From Candidatus Latescibacterota bacterium (lineage in GTDB: Bacteria > Latescibacterota > UBA2968 > GCA-2709665), in the NCBI GenBank assembly GCA_965219995.1, contig CBDCOX010000002.1, positions 4,736,001 through 4,800,000 on the forward strand: DNA of 64,000 nucleotides. The letters run 5' to 3'. The notes beneath the pieces were generated by a model. The model saw nothing but the letters and a program-made list of their open reading frames with translations. It was not told where the DNA came from and did no database searches. This document shows positions 57,684 to 64,000 of the stretch, in pieces. The translations under genes and the position numbers were made by a program. How positions within the stretch are numbered: position 1 is the first letter of the stretch; each line of letters begins with the position of its first letter.

Positions 57684-58310
57684 TCACACGGTCCGGATAA
57701 GGGCGATCAGGTCCCGGGTTGCGGCTTCCGGACCGGCCTGGCAGCAGACAGCCGATATGACTGCGACGCCGTGTGCCCCCGACCGTACCACGTCTGCCGC
57801 GTTCCCGGCGCCGATACCGCCGATGGCGACTACCGGCGCAGGGACGGCGCGGGCGAAGTCGGCCAGCTTTTTCAGTCCCTGCGCTTCGCCGGCGTCGCTC
57901 TTGGACCCGGTGGGAAAGACAGGCCCGAATCCCACGTAGTCCGCGCCGTCCGCGATGCCGCGGCGGGCTTCGTCTAGACTGCCGGCGGACACGCCGATGA
58001 TCCGCCCGGTCCCAAGGAGACGCCTGGCGAGCGCGACCGGGAAATCGTCCTGTCCCAGGTGTACGCCGTCGGCTTCCGCGGCGAGGGCGACGTCGACGCG
58101 GTCGTTGACAATGAGGGGGACGCCCAACCGCGAACAGGTATTCCGCATGGTGCGCGCGGTCTCGATCATGTCGCGGGTGTGTCCGGTTTTCTGCCGGTAC
58201 TGCACGGTGTCCGCACCGCCGTCGACGGCCATGCGTGCAAGATCGGCATGGGTGTGGCGGGTCTGAAGGACGGTATCCGTGAGTACGTGGAGTGCCCCGA
58301 TTTTCTTCAT
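57684..58310 (-). CDS. thiE: Thiamine-phosphate synthase
   Basis: 'QYRQK', 'IVNDRVD', 'GVHLGQDD', 'GPVFPTGSK', 'AIGGI'. ATG at 58310 overlaps the thiD stop. Confidence 0.93.
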   Translation of the reverse strand: MKKIGALHVLTDTVLQTRHTHADLARMAVDGGADTVQYRQKTGHTRDMIETARTMRNTCSRLGVPLIVNDRVDVALAAEADGVHLGQDDFPVALARRLLGTGRIIGVSAGSLDEARRGIADGADYVGFGPVFPTGSKSDAGEAQGLKKLADFARAVPAPVVAIGGIGAGNAADVVRSGAHGVAVISAVCCQAGPEAATRDLIALIRTV

Positions 58311-59104
58311 CTGTCGCCGTCGAGAAAGTAGAAGTGATGGGTGGGTCCGCGGCCCCCGCCAATGTCGAGTCCGCGGCGAATGGCTTCGGTTACGTACGTC
58401 TTGGCGTTTTCGACGGCGGATATGACGTCGCAGCCCTTCGCGAGGTTCGCCGCGATCGCGGCCGATAGAGTGCAACCCGTACCGTGCGTGTTCCGGGCCG
58501 CAATTCGTCCTCGTGAAAAAACGGTGATTTCGGAACCGTCGTAAAGTACGTCCACCGAGGCGTCGTGATCGCACAGATGCCCGCCTTTCACGAGCACGGC
58601 CCCGGGGCCGGCATCGAAGATGACGCGGGCAGCCGTCTTCATGTGATCCAGGGTGTCGACGGGCATCCCGGCCAGAAACCCGGCTTCGCGCAGGTTGGGC
58701 GTAACGAGCGCGGCCAGGGGAAGGAGGCGTTCTTTCAGGCCGCGAACGGCTTCGGGTTCAAGCAGTCTGGCGCCGCTGGAGGAGACCATCACCGGGTCGA
58801 CGACGACGTTGGGCGCGCGAAATCCGGCGAGTCTGTCGGCGACGACGTTGACCACCCGTTCCGAAGACAGCATCCCGGTCTTCACCGCGGATACGTCGAA
58901 GTCATCGAATAACGCATCGATCTGGGATTCGACGAGGTCTGCCGGCAGTTCGAACGACTGCCTGACCTCTCTCGTGTTCTGTGCGGTCACCGCAGTGACA
59001 ACCGAGAGGCCGTAAACGCCGTTGGCGTGAAAGGACTTGAGGTCGGCCTGGATACCCGCGCCGCCGCCAGGGTCGGAACCGGCAATGGTGAGGACCTGTT
59101 TCAT
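58307..59104 (-). CDS. thiD: Hydroxymethylpyrimidine/phosphomethylpyrimidine kinase
   Basis: 'TIAGSDPGGGAGIQADLK', 'VDPVM', 'TPN', 'KGGH', 'THGTGC'. Confidence 0.96.
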   Translation of the reverse strand: MKQVLTIAGSDPGGGAGIQADLKSFHANGVYGLSVVTAVTAQNTREVRQSFELPADLVESQIDALFDDFDVSAVKTGMLSSERVVNVVADRLAGFRAPNVVVDPVMVSSSGARLLEPEAVRGLKERLLPLAALVTPNLREAGFLAGMPVDTLDHMKTAARVIFDAGPGAVLVKGGHLCDHDASVDVLYDGSEITVFSRGRIAARNTHGTGCTLSAAIAANLAKGCDVISAVENAKTYVTEAIRRGLDIGGGRGPTHHFYFLDGDR

Positions 59105-59766
59105 GACGGCTGCGGATGACCTGGGCCGGGTGCGGATGCCCAGGCCTCAATATAGCCGGTCACGGCAGACGGGACATCATCCGCGGCGAGGATTCCGGAC
59201 ATAACGGCAGCGCCCGCGGCGCCGTTTTCCTTGCAGGCGGCGACCCGTCCGGGTGTGATACCGCCCAGGGCGTAAACGGGAAGGGATGACCATTCCGTGG
59301 CGCGGCGCAGGGCCCCGGCCCCCGCGCCGGGACCGGTTCCCGGTTTCGAACCCGGACTGTAGATCGGGCCGAAAGTGATAAAGTCGGCGCCGTCGGCCTC
59401 CCTGCATTCCTCCCGGTTGTGGGTTGAACGGCCGATGAGCAGATGGTCTCCGTATTGCTGACGAATTCTCGATGGGGCGGGTCCGTATGCCGGAAGATGG
59501 ACGCCGGCCGCGCCGATGTCCCGCGCGAGCCCGGCATGCGTGTTGACGAGCAGGCGCGCGTCGTAGTCTTCGACACGTCGCTGAAGGCGCGCCGCCAGCC
59601 GACGGAGCTTGCGCATTTCAAGTTGCTTTTCCCGCAGCTGGACGAGGCGGACACCGGCGTCCAGCGCCTCCGCGAAAACGTCCTCCAGGTCACGGGGCGC
59701 ACACGTTTCCCGATCTGCAATGAGATAGAGGGTCGGAAGGTGCTTCGCGTGCGGAGTTTCATTCAT
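59101..59766 (-). CDS. ThiE paralog, probably a TenI-like thiazole tautomerase
   Basis: ThiE fold ('VQLREK', 'STH', 'ALGGIT'), but 'NT' replaces 'ND' and 'GVHLP' replaces 'GVHLGQ'. Lies directly after thiG. Confidence 0.7.
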   Translation of the reverse strand: MNETPHAKHLPTLYLIADRETCAPRDLEDVFAEALDAGVRLVQLREKQLEMRKLRRLAARLQRRVEDYDARLLVNTHAGLARDIGAAGVHLPAYGPAPSRIRQQYGDHLLIGRSTHNREECREADGADFITFGPIYSPGSKPGTGPGAGAGALRRATEWSSLPVYALGGITPGRVAACKENGAAGAAVMSGILAADDVPSAVTGYIEAWASAPGPGHPQPS

Positions 59767-60538
59767 GGCCGGCCACGCCCTCCATCGGCGTGGAAGCGGT
59801 GGCGTAGAGCTTTTGGGGGATGCGCCCGGCCTCGTACGCAAGACGGCCCGCGCGGACCGCCTGACCCATGGCTTCGGCCATCACTACCGGGCGGCGGGCG
59901 CCGGCCACGGCCGTATTCAGCATCACGCCGGCGCAGCCGAGCTCCATCGCCTCCGCGGCATCGGAGGCAGTGCCCACCCCGGCGTCCACGATCACGGGGA
60001 GGTCGACCGTGTCCAGGATGATGCGGAGATTGTAGGGGTTGCGAATGCCCATTCCGGAGCCGATGGGCGCGCCGAGGGGCATGATAGCGGCACAGCCGGC
60101 GTCTTCCAGCTTCTTACAGGTTACGGGGTCGTCGTTGCAGTAGGGCAGCACCGTGAATCCGTCCTGAATCAACTCGTTCGCCGCTTCCAGCAATCCCGCA
60201 ACGTCCGGAAAGAGGGTGTTCTCGTCTCCGATGACCTCCAGCTTGATCAGATCGGTATCCAGGGCTTCGCGCGCGAGCCTGGCCGTGAGCACGGCGTCCC
60301 GGGCGGTGAAGCATCCCGCGGTATTGGGCAGCAGCGTGAACCGGTTGCGGTCGATCAGATCGACCAGGCTTTCGCCGGATGGGTCGTTCAGGTTGATCCG
60401 GCGGATGCCTACGGTCACGATATCCGCACCGCTGGCGCGGATGGCGTCCAGCATAACCTGCATATTGGGGTACCGCGCCGTTCCGATAATGAGACGGGAA
60501 TCGTAGATCGTGCCGGCAATGGTCAGACCATCAGACAT
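59759..60538 (-). CDS. thiG: Thiazole synthase
   Basis: 'LPNTAGC', Schiff-base Lys in 'IKLEVIGD', '[12 protein letters not shown]', 'DAGVG'. ATG at 60538. Confidence 0.96.
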   Translation of the reverse strand: MSDGLTIAGTIYDSRLIIGTARYPNMQVMLDAIRASGADIVTVGIRRINLNDPSGESLVDLIDRNRFTLLPNTAGCFTARDAVLTARLAREALDTDLIKLEVIGDENTLFPDVAGLLEAANELIQDGFTVLPYCNDDPVTCKKLEDAGCAAIMPLGAPIGSGMGIRNPYNLRIILDTVDLPVIVDAGVGTASDAAEAMELGCAGVMLNTAVAGARRPVVMAEAMGQAVRAGRLAYEAGRIPQKLYATASTPMEGVAGHE

Positions 60539-60591
60539 ATTCCCCTCGTTGAATCGTGTCTCGGACACGCGGGTATCGCGCTTTCGGGCAA

Positions 60592-60798
60592 CTATCCACC
60601 CTGGACCGCGGCGATGATGTCCACCCTGTCGCCGCTGCCCAGCCGCGTTGAATTCCACTCCGCCCGGGTCACGATTTCGGCGTTGACGGCAACCGCAATG
60701 CCCCTGCGGTCCGGATCGTGCGAAAGGTCGATCAGCAGGTCCCGGATGGATATGCCGCCGTCGACGGTCCTGTTTTCTCCGTTCAGCGTGATCTGCAT
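60592..60798 (-). CDS. thiS: Sulfur carrier protein ThiS
   Basis: MQITLNGE...'[10 protein letters not shown]'...C-terminal 'VQGG'. Confidence 0.95.
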   Translation of the reverse strand: MQITLNGENRTVDGGISIRDLLIDLSHDPDRRGIAVAVNAEIVTRAEWNSTRLGSGDRVDIIAAVQGG

Positions 60799-60997
60799 GG
60801 CGAATTGTCTCAGAAGCTGCTTTAAAATTCCCAGCGGTCTTCGCGCGGCTGCAAAAGCGCCGGTCGGCGTTGGGCAAATCCACCCGTATTGAGAGGTCGA
60901 GGCTGCGCTCGCTCGCCTCTCTTGGGCGGATTCTCCGGCCTTGACCGTCACTTTTTCGCTCGCGCTCGGGACTCACCAGTAATTTCAAAACAGCTTC

Positions 60998-62134
60998 TCA
61001 TGCGGCGAATCGGTCGATGCCGAAGGGTCGGATTTCCTCCGGCGTGATTCCCGTGAGTACTAGCTCGGCTATGGTACAGGCGGTGACGGGCGCCAGCAGG
61101 ATGCCCTTCCGATAGTGGCCCGTGGCCATGATAAGGCCTTCGACCGGCGTCTTCCCGAGGATGGGCGCGTCGTCCCGGCTGCCCGGCCGAAGACCGGCGG
61201 CGGCTTCAATGATCGGCAGGTCGTAAATCCCGGGAACGACCTCCCAGGCTGCGCGCAGGAGCTCGAAAATGCCGCCCGCCGTCAGGCTGCTGTCGTAACC
61301 CATTTCTTCTGATGTGGCCCCCAATACGAGGCGACCTCGATCCTTCGGACACAGGTAAGCGACGGTCGATGACGCGGTGCGGTTGTACCAGACGATGGTT
61401 TTCAGGGTGCAGTCGCCGGTCATCTGCAGCCTGAGGATCTGGCCGCGGACAGGTCGCACCGGTGGTTTTGCGGCATCCGGCAGACCCGGAATGAGACGCG
61501 ACCAGCAGCCTGCTGCCAGAATGACCACAGCCGCAGGGAACGATTCATCGCCGGCCACAACGCCTTCGACCCGGTTCCGTGCGATGCCGATGTTCTCGAC
61601 CGGCGTGGATTCAACGAGGGATCCGCCGGCTCTCAGGAATGCCTGCCGCAGGGCCTGCACCAGGCGCCGGTTGTCCACCTGGTGGTCTCCAGGGCACCAG
61701 ACTGCGGCGCCGACCTGGGGCGAGAGTTGCGGCTCTCGCGCACGGGCCTCAGCGCCGTTCAGCCATTCCACGGGCAGGCCGAGGTCCTGCTGGTAGTCGT
61801 AGCGGAAACGCAGGTATTCGATATCGTCGCGGGTGACACCCACCAGAAGGACGCCGTCGGGGCGATAGCCCACGCACATTCCGCTCTCGGATTCGAGTTC
61901 GGCGACAAAGTCCCGGAAACGCTCGAGACTCTTCAGGCCAAGCCGAAGGAGCCCCTCCTCTTCGTGTCGCACCTCCGCCAGCGGCGTGAGCATACCGGCG
62001 GAAGCCCGGCTGGCGGCCTGACCCGCACGGTCCCGATCGAAGATCAGGACGTCCCGCCCCGCCCTGGCGAGTCGCCAGCCGATGCCGAGTCCGATAACGC
62101 CCGCGCCCACGATAATGATCCGGTCCGATGCCAA
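60998..62134 (-). CDS. thiO: Glycine oxidase
   Basis: 'IVGAGVIG', 'ASAGML', 'PVRGQ', 'GLRP', 'GHYRKGILLAP'. First gene of the thi operon. Confidence 0.93.
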   Translation of the reverse strand: MASDRIIIVGAGVIGLGIGWRLARAGRDVLIFDRDRAGQAASRASAGMLTPLAEVRHEEEGLLRLGLKSLERFRDFVAELESESGMCVGYRPDGVLLVGVTRDDIEYLRFRYDYQQDLGLPVEWLNGAEARAREPQLSPQVGAAVWCPGDHQVDNRRLVQALRQAFLRAGGSLVESTPVENIGIARNRVEGVVAGDESFPAAVVILAAGCWSRLIPGLPDAAKPPVRPVRGQILRLQMTGDCTLKTIVWYNRTASSTVAYLCPKDRGRLVLGATSEEMGYDSSLTAGGIFELLRAAWEVVPGIYDLPIIEAAAGLRPGSRDDAPILGKTPVEGLIMATGHYRKGILLAPVTACTIAELVLTGITPEEIRPFGIDRFAA

Positions 62135-62169
62135 CGGATACGGTCCCAGGGGATTTGAATACAGCTTCT

Positions 62170-62207
62170 AAAAAAGCCGCCGCCCTCGATCAGGTCGAAA
62201 AGCGGCT
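62170..62207 (-). terminator. Intrinsic terminator forming the TPP riboswitch expression platform
   Basis: Minus strand AGCCGC-TTTTCGA-cctga-TCGAGGG-cg-GCGGCT followed by a U-run, located between the aptamer and thiO. Confidence 0.75.
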
Positions 62208-62221
62208 GGGGTGCGATTCCT

Positions 62222-62296
62222 GGACTCCCTGCGCCGGCATAATCCGGATCAGGTTCAAAGGGTATGTTCTCAGCTCGGCGGGCGAGCACCCCTGCG
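62222..62296 (-). ncRNA. TPP riboswitch aptamer
   Basis: Minus strand GGGGTGC...GCTGAGA..ATACCCTTTGAACCTGATCCGGATTATGCCGGCGCAGGGAG fits the THI-box consensus and lies upstream of thiO. Confidence 0.95.
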
Positions 62297-62308
62297 TTGT
62301 TACGCGTT

Positions 62309-62337
62309 AAGATAGCCGTTCGGCCGCCCTCCGTCAA
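62309..62337 (-). promoter_or_regulatory. Sigma70 promoter of the thi operon
   Basis: TTGACG (62337-62332), 17-bp spacer, TATCTT (62314-62309), immediately 5' of the aptamer. Confidence 0.72.
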
Positions 62338-62373
62338 GCGATTCCGCTTGACATCGATCGACGTTTGATTATT

Positions 62374-62531
62374 TAAAGGCGGTGAGACGGGAGTGGGTAG
62401 ACGGTAGAGGATGTGATTGCCCGGTGCGGTTTCATTTCTTGCCGGCGACGATAGGGAAGAATCAATCGGGCAAGGATGTCATCTAACGTCTAACGTCTAC
62501 CGTCTCCCCGCTTTCATCTCACGTCTCACCG
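62374..62531. repeat. Dispersed palindromic intergenic repeat, diverged copy D
   Basis: taaaggcggtgagacg ... agaatcaatcgggcaagga ... tctaacgtctaccgtctc ... cgtctcaccg. Same orientation as copy A. Confidence 0.75.
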
Positions 62532-62547
62532 AATTTAAGGAGGTTAT

Positions 62548-63744
62548 GTGTCGAAATTAACGTTAAGGGTTCACGCGGGACCGCACCGGCGAGTCAACTG
62601 CCCGGTCTCCATACTTTTGGCGAGATCTGAAAAGACGCAACCTACACTCGATCGTCTGGATCGCACCGGGTCCGGTGCGGAGATTGGGAATCTGGCCGGC
62701 AGGAATGGCAGTACCCCGTGCCAGGTCAATCGCGAGGGCGACGCCGTCAGGCTCAGCTGGATCGTGGACGATCTCGCGGCGGGCGAAACCACGGATTACG
62801 GACTGGAATCAGGGGGGCCCGCGGCGTCCGGCGGCGGGGTCGAATTGTCGGAAGCAGGCGAAAGCGTCCAGGTGCGGATCGACGGTACCCATTTCACGAG
62901 CTATTGCTTCGGGAAGGACCTCGTCAGGCCGCACCTCTACCCGGTGATCGGGCCGTACGGGGACGGGATCACGCGCCCGTTGATCAACCAGGGAGAGGGT
63001 GATCACCACCACCACCGTTCCGTCTGGATTTCGCACGGCCACGTAAACGGATGGAACAACTGGGGTGAAGGCGAGGGACACGCGTGGACCCGCCACCAGC
63101 GATTCGACAGCCTGGAAAGCGGCCCGGTCCATGGCCGGATCGTATCGGTCAGCAACTGGGAGGGCGCCGATGCATGGCGCGGCGAGCACGGGTCGAACGT
63201 GATCTGCGAGGAACGGGCGGAGTGGACATTCTACCGGACCGGGCCGGACGTGCGGGTCTTCGACCTGCGCCTCACGCTGACCGCGCCGAAGATCGACGTC
63301 CTTTTCGGAGATACGAAAGAAGGCGGCCTGGCGTCGATCCGCGTGGCCGAATCCATGGAAGTGCGGTCCGGCAAGGGTGGAAAAATCGAAAACGCAATCG
63401 GGGGTGTCAACGAGGACGAAACATGGGGCAAGCGAGCCGCGTGGTGCCACTATACCGGCCCGGTGAACGGCAACCGCGTGGGCGTAGCCATCATGGACCA
63501 TCCCGACAGTTTTCGGCATCCTGTATACTGGCACGTACGCAACTACGGCCTGATGACGGCCAATCCGTTCGGTCATTCGCATTTTTACGGAGACCCGGAT
63601 CGGAGGGGGAACCACGTCCTGCCCCCCGGCAATTCCCTCAACGGCCATTACAGATTCTACGTGCACAAAGGAGACGCGGCTGAAGGCCGGATCACCGATC
63701 GCTATCACGATTTCGCCTACCCTCCTGCGGTGGAGGTCGCGTAG
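62548..63744 (+). CDS. PmoA-family (DUF6807-like) protein of unknown function
   Basis: 'RPHLYPV', 'DHHHHRSVWISHG', 'FGDTKEGG', 'WHVRNYGLMTANPFG'. AAGGAGG RBS. Confidence 0.8.
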   Translation: MSKLTLRVHAGPHRRVNCPVSILLARSEKTQPTLDRLDRTGSGAEIGNLAGRNGSTPCQVNREGDAVRLSWIVDDLAAGETTDYGLESGGPAASGGGVELSEAGESVQVRIDGTHFTSYCFGKDLVRPHLYPVIGPYGDGITRPLINQGEGDHHHHRSVWISHGHVNGWNNWGEGEGHAWTRHQRFDSLESGPVHGRIVSVSNWEGADAWRGEHGSNVICEERAEWTFYRTGPDVRVFDLRLTLTAPKIDVLFGDTKEGGLASIRVAESMEVRSGKGGKIENAIGGVNEDETWGKRAAWCHYTGPVNGNRVGVAIMDHPDSFRHPVYWHVRNYGLMTANPFGHSHFYGDPDRRGNHVLPPGNSLNGHYRFYVHKGDAAEGRITDRYHDFAYPPAVEVA

Positions 63745-63789
63745 ACAACCTTCGCGGCGCGCCGGCTCGCGGAAGGCGAGGACTGCCGG

Positions 63790-64000
63790 ATGGCCGATTC
63801 CTTCAAGCGACCACACATCGTCTTCATCACCACGGACCAGCAGCGGGGCGACTGTACCGGCATCGACGGGCACCCGATTCTGGAAACGCCCCACCTGGAC
63901 CAGCTTGCGAACGAGGGAGTCTATTTCTCGAGAGCGTATTCTCCCTGTCCCGTTTGCGTGCCCGCGCGCATGGTCATGATGACGGGGCAGTCTCCGTACA
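63790..64000 (+). CDS. Sulfatase (formylglycine-dependent), N-terminal part; truncated by the window edge
   Basis: Manual translation: MADSFKRPHIVFITTDQQRGD...TPHLDQLANEGVYFSRAYSPCPVCVPAR (CxPxR motif). Confidence 0.92.
   Translation, partial: MADSFKRPHIVFITTDQQRGDCTGIDGHPILETPHLDQLANEGVYFSRAYSPCPVCVPARMVMMTGQSPY

Noticed and set aside
62548-63744. Particulate methane monooxygenase subunit
   Set aside because: The protein is soluble and beta-rich with no TM helices, and no pmoB/pmoC is present. The family name is misleading.

Overview
GC-rich bacterial chromosomal window from a diderm organism (two Omp85-barrel proteins). The gene content is compatible with a Latescibacterota/Gemmatimonadota-like lineage, but that is inference only. 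1-15.5 kb is one minus-strand run: ndk-yceD-rpmF-fabH-fabD-fabG-acpP-fabF-rnc-lipM (no plsX), then an orphan GlmL-like ASKHA ATPase module interrupted by a peptide ABC importer. 15.6-22 kb is repeat-rich, with a penicillin-acylase-family gene, two paralogous membrane proteins, a GATase and a ~446-bp composite tandem repeat. The standout is 22.5-29.1 kb: four co-oriented genes (fatty acyl reductase, divergent acyltransferase, animal-like alkyl-DHAP synthase, DHRS7B-like SDR) that match the four steps of the eukaryotic peroxisomal ether-lipid pathway. After that come bioDA, an amidase, pgi, glcB, a xanthine-dehydrogenase-family trio, several Gfo/Idh/MocA oxidoreductases, an orphan higA with a higB remnant, and a YjiK-like/DUF4956/kinase-Omp85/patatin-Omp85 block. 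The window ends with a large heparinase II/III-like lyase, a TPP-riboswitch-controlled thiO-S-G-tenI-like-D-E operon, a PmoA-family (DUF6807-like) gene and a truncated sulfatase. A palindromic heptamer-rich intergenic repeat occurs four times. No rRNA, tRNA, CRISPR array or transposase was recognised. All family assignments come from motifs read by eye, not from database searches.
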